Shown: piece by piece, positions 22,716 through 34,700 of the stretch
Numbering within the stretch: the stretch's first letter is position 1
Layout of the letters: each line of letters opens with the position of its first letter
NCBI GenBank assembly: GCA_013115145.1
Contig: JAAPAO010000196.1
Coordinates: 1 to 54,467, forward strand
DNA from: Perkinsus chesapeaki ATCC PRA-425
Lineage: Eukaryota; Protista; Perkinsozoa
Direction of reading: 5' to 3'
DNA: 54,467 bases
Translations under genes and position numbers: made by a program
Notes under the pieces: generated by a model
Told to the model about the DNA's origin: nothing
The model's input: the letters and a program-made list of their open reading frames with translations, nothing else
Database searches by the model: none

Positions 22716-25700
22716 ATGTTGAGACCAAAGCCAGCATTAATACTTCTATCGATGTTATTGTCACTGGGAGCAGCGGTGCATTTACGGTACTGAACTCAAG
22801 CGTGCCGATGAAGGCTGTATAAATAGGTACCAATATGCCCTACGACAGACACTCAGGTGAACAAGCAGCTCATGAGGTAATGCAGAGAAGGTGCAGCACC
22901 AGTACCACAGTAGTAGGAAGTGACGAATAGGGGTTAATGAGTTAACCTGAGTTAAATACCGATGCGCAGGGACGCGCCGTAAGCGCACGCGATTGTGTCG
23001 GAGACGCGAAATCTGAAACGGTGGGCGCCCCGCGTGGGGGTGCCTCAACCCTGAGGTCACGGTGAGACTTAAAGGTGTGGCGCAGGCCTAGTTGTTGTTA
23101 TTTTACCCCATCCCTCCACTCCCGGGAAGCAAGCAGTAAAGGACGGGGCATCGACATTTCGCGGCTATTGCGTAGCCCGCATACTCACGGAGTGTCGATG
23201 AGGTTTCGCGGCTCGGGTGCCGCCGATATCCTCAAAGCCCTTCCTTTAAGTGCTTTAGGGCCGGATCCGCATCCGCGTCCGCCCCTCAGACCCGCGCGAC
23301 CCGGAGTGGGATATTTAACGTTATCGTTTTTACGGCGAGCGCGTATAATCCTTCGCTGATTAAAAGCCAAGTGCGCAGGTTCGATTCCTGGGGCCTCCGG
23401 TTTGAGTCAAAATAGGTATTTGAGATCACATGAGTTGAGTTGATAATAATCTGACCCTCTTATCGACTCCAATGGGTCCCCCATACAAGGCATCGACTGG
23501 CAATCATTATATCCAATCTGTCACTATGTTTTGGGTTCATGTCAATGACCACGTTGGAACGGGGAATATTACAGCAGGAGTGAGCTTATGGGTTTGGCAG
23601 TTCGGGTACGGCACACCGACGAGCTTTGTCCAATCGCTGCTCATGGATGGTAATTCGTTCGAAGTAGCCCGGTTTTATAAATGACTTTGTACATCGCCTC
23701 ATCCTGCTACTGCCAATGCTAACCCTACTCCCATTCACTTTACTGGCATCAGCTCTGACATCCCGGTCGGCTCATGGAGATTGGACAGATAACACTTGTG
23801 GTAGTGTTATGAGATGTCAATGAATCAGACTCAAGTTTGCGTCGGGCTCGGCGACACCCAGTGCCCTTAGTTTTCACCATAGAAATTCACACTTCCGAGC
23901 CGCACCAATATATTTTTAAATGTAGAATTGTTAAATGGATAACTGTTCTGCGCCAAATTCACATGTTTGATAATATAGTTGTCAAGTGGCGTCAAAGATC
24001 GTTGTCAGGAATTTACCCGCCGAGGCCGGTCGACACTCGCTTCCCACCAGACCCTCCGTTAGCTCCAGTATTAGAATCGTCTTGGCCTAGAGAGATAGAG
24101 TCAACAGCTCGGCCGGTTGTGGTGACACTTCTCGGCATGTACTTCGACGATTGGATAGATTTGCTTGTCTGCAAGATGAGCGATGGGCGCCGCATTCCAG
24201 CTGTTGTTGTGAACGAGTCTGCGACAGAATGCAAGCTTCCGTTTACGGGGAGCTCTCGCGCTCGAGAGATCTGGCTCGGCCTGGAAACCACTTCGACACC
24301 TACGTACCGCACAGGCCAAATTGCCATCCTTGTTCGGCAAGCGGCTGACTATAGGACAGCTACACCTCGACATGCATCAACGCGGGGATCGGGCAAGATC
24401 TTCATAACTGGGGTTAATTTCCCTGTCAAGGCTGCTAATATTGAACCGGTGCCTATATGTGAATTTGGGGACCGCGGATTCACTGAAGTGGAGTTCGTTA
24501 GCGACACTCAAGCTTGGTGCGCTGTGCCACCTACTAGCTCTTCTGGTAAGTCTCCTCTAGGCTCGTTCTCATTTGCGTTTCGGGTCGAGGGGTGTCGTTA
24601 TATGGAATATATGTCGACACGTGTTGTGGTGCAGGTTCGGTGACTCTATGGATAGGATCGAAGCTTGTGCCAGGCAACGCTCGAGAGTTCGGCTTTACGT
24701 AAGTTCGGTGGCTCGTCTTTGCAGCGTGGGAGCACGTTTTACGCTGTATAAGCTCATGGCTGTGTGGTCTAGTGGTATGATTCTCGCTTAGGGTGCGAGA
24801 GGTCCCGAGTTCAATTCTCGGCACAGCCCTTTCCAAGGGGGCCCTGTATTGCTTCTCTTCCTGATTCAGGTACTGGAGTGAAGGATACATAGATGCACTC
24901 TATCCAAACCACTATCCATGGTCGATCGGACGAGGCTCAGCGTGGATCCTTGTGGTGAGGATCCATTTCAACCCGCTCGCTAACTAACCTTGTCTAGGTC
25001 GGTCAAGATTTCCCACACACGTATCCTCCCCTCGATTGCTCCTTCTATACCGGCGTGCAGCGTGCTATGAAAACAGTCATCATGAACTCGACACATGCTA
25101 AGATGCAGCTGCGGTCTCCAGGGTATCCGAGGGTCAAGGTCAGCTCTCCTGGGATAGCATCGTCTTGGCAGATTCTCGGTCGTCATTAGCAGTATTGAAC
25201 TTCGCTGCTGGGAGTCCAACGAGCTTGTCCTGTCGGAGAGTGTTAGTCAGCCGACCTTTGCGTGGACTACAGGACCGGCTATCGAGAGAGTCCTACCAAG
25301 TGAGTTGAGCCTTAGTCTGTGAAGATTAGTTCGCGTTGTTTCTTTTTAGGTACTGTCGTATTTGAGAGCCGTATAACCGTAACCGTTATTGGGAAGAATA
25401 TTTCCGCATCACAGGCGTTGTCCTGCATGTTCGACGGAAGGTCGTTTGCCCAACTTTTTAGCATTTAACAAGTCTGTCAGATACATCGTGGAAGCCATTT
25501 ACTTGAACTCATCAGCCTGTGGGTGTCAGTTGCCAGACGGGGTTGGATCTAGGCCTGGCTATGGCCGAGGGACTATCACAATTTCACTTGATAAGGTACA
25601 TTGTACGCTCCCTCCAGATAAGCTCATGCTGTGTCGTTAAATAATATTATCGGCTGTCCTTCACTCATCCCGTTCTCCGGTATAATAGAGTATCACAGAC

Positions 25701-28700
25701 CCTTAGTCCAGTCGAAGTTAGCTTATGGCACTTATTTCGTCCACGACGGTCACATTGAACAATACTCACCACGATCCGCCCGATAACCTATTCCTGCTGG
25801 CGGCTAAGTCTTTCTACTCACGAGATTCAGTAGACCCGACCAAATTCCCAAGCTGCTGTCGAAGCCTGACCTACACGATCCCCTAATGTAGGTGCATTGG
25901 GCGCCACCGGTGGACATCAAGATAGAGTATGAATCTGTGTTCCCGGCAGAGCCTGATGAACCAGAACCTGTTTGGCCTCCGGTAGTCGCAGACAATGCTG
26001 CTATCTTGCGCATGTCGGTGTGCTAAACTCAGACCCCGAAGATCGTACGACCTCCTTATAACCAAACGAGCTCCAACATAACAGGATTGCGAATGTACAA
26101 GGCGAACGCAGTGGCTGTAAATCTGCCGGCAACTCGCACCAACTCGACTGCAATTCTGCCGATGCTGTACAGCAGCTTCTTCATCGGCATCAGTGACTAT
26201 CCAGTAACACGGTGCGAACCTTCTATGGGACTGATAGACGGCAATTTGACGGTACATCTACACACGTCCAGCCGAAGCGGCTTTCCCGGCAGGGTTAGCT
26301 CGTTAATAGTTTGTCGGTTCGGAAGTGTCGTTGTTCCTGGGCGGTGGAACATGACTCATAGAACGATTGATTGTGAGACTCCGCAGGTTCAAACTGCTGG
26401 GGCATACCGTCTACAGGTGAGCGAGGTAGTGCCGCTGCGAAATTGGACGGTTTCGATTGCTCAGGTCAGTATGGATGCCGGCTTAACCTTTTCACCGGTT
26501 ACCGACACTACGGCTACATTTTATTATCACCGCTTCCCTGAATTCAGTCTAATTTACCCTCCGCTCGGGTCTGTGGTTGGCGGAGGCCAGGTGACGGTGT
26601 CGGGGAGGTACTTCCCCACCGCTTCCTCGACAGTGATATGCCGCTGGAACGAGACGGTCGTTGTCCTGGGTCATCTGGTCAGCGATACCACACTGCGATG
26701 TGGCGTGCCATCGAAGTTCAGACTGCTTCCGTTTTCTAATATAGAAGATGAAGAAGCCGCAACATCCCTCGAGTTGGAAGTGTCGTTTTCGAGAGCCCCA
26801 GCAGCCTTCTATGGGGTGCACACTTCAACGGAATTCCGTCAGCACGGATTGATATCGGCGAGAGAAGCGAATTATCTGTTATCGCCAAGACAAACATTGG
26901 CTTCGTTAGGAGGGGCTAACGTTACCGTCAGAGGAACGAACTTTGTTGTTGGACTACCAAGCGACTTCACTCTCTGCCGGTAGGGCCTGGTGGATTTTGT
27001 GGTATTTTAGAGTCGCTATCGTCTAGTGGTTAGGACGTCACGTTGTGGCCGTGACAACCCCGGTTCAAATCCGGGTAGCGACTATTTATTCCGATGTATT
27101 AAATTCTCAGATTCGGTGCTGTAGAGGTAGCAGCCCACGTAATTAACTCTACGACGTTGAGGTGCATCGCACCTTCCCTGGCAGAGGTACCTCAACCATG
27201 AAACGCCGCTGCCAGTCGCTCCACATCAGGTCGATGCTGCCGCTGTAGCTCCCGCGGATGTATTGATACAATTGTCCTTCGATCTCGGCAATAGCTACTC
27301 TCCTATCCGAGTAAACCAAACCTACATAAAGTTCGTACATAAAGTCGATCCTCAGGCGGCTTTCACTTACGTTGAAGATTTCATAGTGGACACTTTGTCG
27401 CCCGACATGGCCGTTTCAGAGGGCGGAACGCTCATCCTCATACTTGGCAGCAGATTTACGGACTCGCCATCCCTTGGATGTCGCTTCGGAAACGAGACAG
27501 TACCAGCAACATTTGTATCATCCCAGGTCGGCTCTAGGTTACCGGCCACCCCGTTCTACCGAATTGTTCAGGTTATGCAATGCACCACGCCTCCACTGCC
27601 TGTTGGAGTGCATCCCTTCGAGATGACGCTGGATGGTGTACAGTATTTCTCAACTGGCAAGAGCATCACGACCCTTCCGCCCTCGACGCTGTTGAGTGTT
27701 TATCCTCGTCGAGGGTACTTTAGCGGAGGCACAGAGGTTCTTGTTAATGGTAGGCTCGTTGATCTCGTTCTGGAGTTAATGTCCTTGTGGCTCAGGCACT
27801 AACCTTGTGGACTCTGTGCTGCTCCAGTGCCAATTTGGACAGTCCTCATTGGCAGCAAAAGACTGGCATGATGAGGAGCATGTGACATGCACCGTCCCGC
27901 CGTGCGATTCTGCAATGGGGGGTCAAGCGCGTGGTGAGCAATGCGAGGGAACCGTGCAGGTAGGGCGCAACTCGGTGCCACCCAGAACAGTGGGCAGTGG
28001 CGGCGCGTGAACTTTTCAGGTGATGCTATCATTCAATGGTCTCGATTTCTTTGGCAATCTTACCTACGAATATGTAAGACGCCAAAGGATCGTCGATATT
28101 CTACCGTTCCCTGCGGGGAGATGGGATCAACCCATGAATGTGACGCTGATGGGCGTGGGCTTCAGTCCGCCGGTTTACTGCCGGTGGCTTCACCTGCCAG
28201 TCGTGCTGGCCTTGGAAGTGACCACGAGGTGCATCTAGAAGCGTGATATTCTTCAGTCAGGTTGGCGTCTCGATGGACCCGTCATCATCAGCCGACTCCT
28301 ATGCTATTTGCACGGCCCCTGTGTTACCTGAAAGCCAAAGGGTGGTCGGTGGTATGGAAACTGAAGGGGTGCTCGGGTAAGTTAATCCCGGTGAGCTGCC
28401 TGACCAGAGTTCTCCGTTTCCCGAGGCTGATCTTCTTGATCGCTCTTCAAGGTACGTTGAGGTCTCTGCCAATAGCATCGACTTCACCAGCGACCGAACC
28501 CAGTGGTACTTTTACTCCCCACCGACCGTTGAAGAAGTCACACCGTCTCGGGTAAGTGCCCCTCCCTCGGCTCTGACGTATGCTTCTCATAGGTTTGGCA
28601 CAGCCTGTCCCTTCAAGGCAGTCTGATGGTGCATGGCAGCCATTTCAGAGCCATCGTCCCGGGCGAGGTCACCTGCAAATGGTGGTACGTCACTTCATCA

Positions 28701-31700
28701 GCCTCGATGCCGAGTCTTAGATCCCTGCCAGTTGACACAATCCTCAGGTACGACTCCGATCGCCAAGCCCCAGAAGTTGTTTCCGCCTACTACCTGTCTC
28801 GAAATGTTCTGCGCTGCAAGCCTGCGAGCCCGCCGGTGATGCCGTCTGATCAGAGAATTACATTTGACGTTCGGGTTGAGGTTGGACTTACCCCCGAGGT
28901 CTACTCTACCTCTAATAAGACCATTCTGGTGGGCGTGCTTCTATCAAGGGTCGACCAAGACCGAGGGTGTTGCAGGCAACCAGCCGTCCTCATGTGGACG
29001 AAGTCGTCCAGGAATCAGGGCCTTTCCTCGGTGGCAATGTCCTCACTCTCCACGGCACTGGACTTTGGTATTCCCAACCGACGGACAAGGTACGTCTTAG
29101 GTTGACTCCTGTCTTAACATTCATGTGCCTCCAGGACCGACCTCCGGCGGACGTGCTCTACGTCATTATCGGTGACACCCCTGTGATGGCTCGGCCTACG
29201 TCCGTTAATGGCACCACTGCGACCATACGCCTCCCTGCAGTGCCACACTTTACAGGCTCGCCTGCTAAGTTCGACATCAGCCTCACACATAACCTACAGG
29301 CAAGCGAGAGATAAATCAATACGAAGTCACTTCCTGCATTCCGCACTGCGTAACCTGTGCAACCTTCATACTCGCTCAGACTCGCGATATTAGTCAATGC
29401 ACTCTCGCACTCCGGTGGAGGACTGAATGGAGAGTCGCGGGAATCTTAATAAGACCTTTAAATGGGATAATCGACTTTAGATTCTTTCAATGCTTCTCTT
29501 GTCTATTTTTTTGCTAAGTGTCGGAGGTTCACTCTGTTTTGACTGAAGACCTCTTTTTCAATGCCAGTGCCTTTATGAGACACCCTATAGACTATTACTC
29601 ACACTTGTTGCCTGTCAGGACCGCCTCTTCACCGGTCTGCTAGCGTTCGGTGAGACGCAGAGAGAAGTCCTGAAGGAGTAAGGCACCAATTCTGTTGATT
29701 CGTTACCACGGCCTCTTTGCTAGGTACGAGTACCTGGACGTGCCCATTGGACAGTTCTATCGCCCGGAGATCCACTCAGATGGTGTTGCTAGGAAGTGTC
29801 CGCGCGGTCACTACTGCCGTGGGGGTTACGCCAGAAATCTCACCAAGTCCCTGACTGCACCACAGTAAGGTGTTGACATCAGTCATTTGTTGAACTACTC
29901 GAAGAGACACTCGCAGCCGAGCGTTTCCTTGATTCCACTTTGGCGAGGAAATATGTCTGTGATGAGGATATTGGCGCACTTGGCCTTCGTAGTGAAGTTG
30001 CGGAGCAGCTCCATTGGAGTTCACTTACGCTCCGAATGTTGCGTGGAATCCGGTCGTTTAATTTCACTGTTTAATGAGCAGAAGCGATACAGCCAATCCG
30101 CACTGGCAAGATATCAATACTACTCTTCAATGTCATATCTTCCAAGTGTTTTACTCTGCCTGTTTGTCACGCAGCGCGGCTAATAAAGCGCATAACAGAA
30201 ACCTTGGTACCTTTTTCATCGTCTCGTTGATATCCCCATGTGATAAGGGTATCCAAAGTGTGCAAATCTGTTCGAGTTCCGCTTATTTGTAAATGTCCTG
30301 AGTGATGATATTCCTCCTTCCAGATTCGCTGCTCCGTGTTCATCGGGCTACTACCAAAACAACACTGGTAACTGGACATGTGATATCTGCCCAGCAGGCT
30401 CGTGGTGCGGCACCAACGCTGCCATCGCTCCAAGTAAATGCCCAGATGGGTAGGTGCTGCCGTGGATAGAATTGCGGTTATTGAATTGCTTATTCGGTCA
30501 GTTACGTCTGCTGGGGCAACAAGGGCTACGGTCAGGACGTCCCTCTGTGCCCTCAGGGCCTCATCTGTGTAGAATCTGTGGCGACTGCCCGCCCGACTCG
30601 GGTAAGCGAGGCGAACCGTCCAGCTATCACTCCCGCCTGGTGTAGGTCAAAGCCTCCACGAGGAGGCTTCGATTACGGCGCCCGCCGCCCCGTAAGCTGG
30701 CGGAGCTCCCAACTGCAGTGGAGACCATCGACTGCCCGCCGGGCTACTACTGCCCGCCTGGCAGTCTAGCGACGCGGACGGAAGATGGCACTATTGTGAT
30801 GGCAGACGATGTGATGAGCATCTCTGAATTTCCTGGCGCGTGACGATTGCTTGTAGGTGCCTGCTTGTTCCATCCCTGGGATTGTTTGCTCTGAGGGCTC
30901 GGCTGCGCCTCTGGCTGTCGACACTCCTGTTGAGGAAGGCTTTTACGTTAGTGAAGATGGCAGTCAGTTGCTGCCTTGCGTTCCTGGGTAAGGTGACTCC
31001 GCTTGCCGAGAGATAAAAATAATTACGCCACAGTGTTGCATCTGTTTCATACGAGTGCACTTGATTATGTTCCGAGAGGGGACAGTTTTGTGTGCTGCTG
31101 TTGAACACCACTGATAAAGCCAGAATTCACGATGAGAGCAGCTGCAGATTTACAGTATTATGTTTAGATGATTTATTTTTATCTTGACCCTATGGTTGTT
31201 TGTTAGGAGATCAAAGCCAGTCTTGTATTGTTTGCCATCTATTGGAATACTATTGGTTCGGCTTAACTCTTGGCTATCACCATCAGGTTCTCCTGCTCGA
31301 CTACAAGGTCAGGTGGTGGGTATCCCGAGCCTTGCCCTCCTGGGACATACCAGGTCTCACCGGGAAGCTCTCTTTGCAGTACCTGCACTGCCGGTGAGAA
31401 CATCACGGCCTAGTTGGCAATCGTACTGATTCGAGACATTCCTTTGGTTGTGGAACTTGCCAGGATCTTTGTCTGTCCTTCCTGTCTTTGCTACTTATAC
31501 TAGTACCATACATCTTGCTATCACCAGTATACTAGACTTCACCTCTATGTTCAGCGGCCCTGGAAGATTATTCGCCTTATGTGTCGGCTTGACAGACCTT
31601 TGCAATCTTCGTAGAGCATGAGTCGCCGGATTCATCCTCACAGTGCCCCTTCGCTATCGTGGGGAACTACTGCTCAGTAGTAGTGCAGTAGCACTGCACT

Positions 31701-34700
31701 ATTGCCGCCGCTGTCTTGCTATCGTCATTTGAAGTCTGGATTCCTGCATTCTTCATTATGTGCTGCCCCCCCACCTTTTTTCAGGGACGATGTGCTCTTC
31801 TGAGGGATCGGCCCTCCCTAGCTTGTGTCCAGCTGGGCGGGTATGTGCCCATGCCGGTCGAGCTCAGCCAAGCTACATGTGCCCGGCTGGAAGCTACTGC
31901 CTTCCGGGAGTATTCACTTTGAACACCTTAGCAGGCGTCGACCCGTTGTAAGTGAATCGATGGACTGCTTGTACGAATACAGTCTGGTACGTGCTTGGTC
32001 AGATATCTTCCAACTATATGCGGCAATGGTACGTATTGCATGCCCGGCACTACCACAAATGTTGTCGACGACCTGGACCCAACAGCTCCTCGGAAATGCG
32101 TGGAGGGGTGCGCTGCTTTAATCTCGATTCTAAACAGGTTGGCTTTGGTCAGGTACTTCTGTCAGGCTAACGAGACGACTTACAGAGGTCAGGGAGAGTG
32201 CCCTATCGGCCATTATTGTGTCCGAGCTAGTCTAGAGCCAGTGCTGGCTCCTAAAGGGTGAGCCTCGAATGCAGGGACGTGTCCAAAATAAGAGAGACAT
32301 TGTTGATAACCTCTCAATAGCATTAACTGTAATAATATCAATATCTGATTATATTTCGAATAGTATAAATAATAATATTAACCGTATCCAGTACTTATGG
32401 TAACCATGAAGAGCTTGCTTCCGTGAGGAACTGTGCGAGCATAGGCTCATACTTGCCTTGGCGTATTCCTGAAGAATATATAATATATAATAATACAGTT
32501 TTACCCAAAGCATATGCGAAAGCCAGCGGAGACGGAAGCTCATACTTCACATAGCAGGATGTGTGTTTTCTGAGTGAAGGTCCAGTGGTATTCCTGAGCA
32601 TTATCTAAACTGCTTTTGATGCTCCTCTGAGGTATCCTAGCGATGTCATCCTCAGATACTATGTTGACTACACTGGTGCGTATACACCATCAAGGTGCAA
32701 GCCGGGGACGTACCAAGATGAAATAGGTCAGACCAGATGCAAGCCTTGTCCGGACGGCCACGAATGCACGTTTGATGGTACGAGGCTGCAATACGTTGAC
32801 ATGCATTGGCTTATCGGCTGAGCATTGGGATGGCCTTATCAAAATGCACTGGTTGGTGCTGGAAGATGCGCACAAAAAAGAGCGGGCCGAGTTCCGTCAA
32901 TTTCACTTCCTCCCCCATAACACATTCTATTGTGTATTATATTATTAATAGTTTACTATTACGCTATTAGTTACCCGGTAAAGCAAGGTTTGGCTTCAGG
33001 AACATGGAAACCTGTTCCGTGCCGGCCGGGAACGTACCGGTCCATAGGAGATCCGAGCTTCACCGAAGAATCCAATATCTTCTGTCATCCCTGTCCCCAA
33101 GGAACTTGGAATTTCCGAGGGCAACTTACAAGCGAGCTCATGTGTGAGAATTGTCCTAGTCGGTAAGACTGCTGCAACGGTGGCGAAGCAGTTAAATACT
33201 AATGAATGGATATGGTCAGGGGGTCGTGGAGGAACACCGAAAGAGTTCCAAGAGAGAATCTTTTTCGTGTTACCTTGTGCTCTAGGAATTTTTTGACTAA
33301 AATTTGTATTATGTATTCGCAAGATGCTCATCATTTTTATCATTCTCCATTGAGCCATAGGATGTCTGTATATGTCACATGTCTGTCAACATTCATCTGT
33401 CACATTCACATGTCTGTATATGATACCCATACTATGTTCACAACACAGCTCCCCTTTGATAGCAGATCTGTGATAGGTTTTCAGCAGAGGTTTGGATTCA
33501 TTAGTCGCCTTAACCTTGGCCCCGGCCTCTCTCTCTTGGGGGGTCTCTATTGGGTATAGCGCAGCGGTAGCCCACAGTAGCATTTGAGGGGCCGCACTTG
33601 TTAGCTTCGCTTCAACTGGACTGGCAATATGCTTCAAAACACAACTCCGAACTGTTGATACTGTATTCGACGAATGCTTGCAGGTACGTGTGCGCAAGAG
33701 AGGGTCTTACAGTGTTCGCCACCAAGGAGCAGACCGACTGCACCCCAGATGAAAATGTGCCGCAGCTTGGATTGTGGCAGCCTCATTATGATGGCTTATT
33801 TGTGTTAGGGTGTTGCGCTGTGCTATCAGCTGTCGCAGGCTAATGACTGTCCGGAGGGTTATGCTTGTGGAGACTCTACAACTGCTTATACACGGTAAGC
33901 TAGGGGACATCCTGACTCAGGATGATCCTGATAGATATAGAATAATAATATAGTGTATCATAAATATTCATGGGGGCCCACACAAGACGTTGTGAACCTC
34001 TTTGTGGTCCAGCAGATGGCTGATGAACGCCAGCTGATTGGCTGGATGCTTAATACTTCCACAATATTTAATACCTCACCCCGGCGTAGGGCCTGGGGCT
34101 CCAATTTCGGATACCAACGGGTAACACAACGTTACAGACTCAGGCTGAGTCGCAGAAGAGAGTCGTATATTGCCAAGAGGAATATATTCCGGGCCTCCCC
34201 TCCACTATTACCATATTTTCTGTAAAGTTCTCCATCACACAATATCTTGAAGGTAACTTTCTGATCGCAGAGCAGCATATTTCACATTCCTGAATGAACC
34301 TCTGATACTCGTTCTTCTCTGCTTCAGTGACTGGTAACGTGCTACTGTGTGTAGGTATGACTACCCTTGCGAGCCTGGGTATTACTGCAAGTCATTGACG
34401 GCACTGAACGAGATGAGATACCTCCTCTGCCCGGCCGGCCACTACTGCAAGCACGCCACAGGAGCGAGTAAGAAAACTGCCAACACTTGTCCGACAAACT
34501 GGTAAGCGATCCTTCTGCTGTGGTGCGAAATGTGGACAGGTACTGTCCCGAAGGGACCAGCGGTCTGGATGTGACGAACGGCACCGGGGTTGTCCTCGAC
34601 TTGAAGAATGTGCAATCGTGGGTTGTCCTCGACGAAGAAGGGAATAGCGTGGCCAAGTAGGACGAGTTTTCCAAGGATGTCGAAGGCGACCTGAACAGAT

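Noticed and set aside
23000-23300. Assigning the structured RNA to RNase P, MRP, SRP, tmRNA or a hammerhead
   Set aside because: The P4-like pair GGUCUGAG/UUCAGAUU lacks the conserved preceding AA and is nested rather than pseudoknotted. There is no SRP helix-8 CAGG/AGCAG and no CUGANGA core, and the T-arm is on the strand opposite the tag-like A/C-rich stretch.
32395-32601. GIRQG and SPLAF on the - strand resembling non-LTR reverse transcriptase
   Set aside because: The motifs are in the wrong order, interrupted by stops, and lack YADD.
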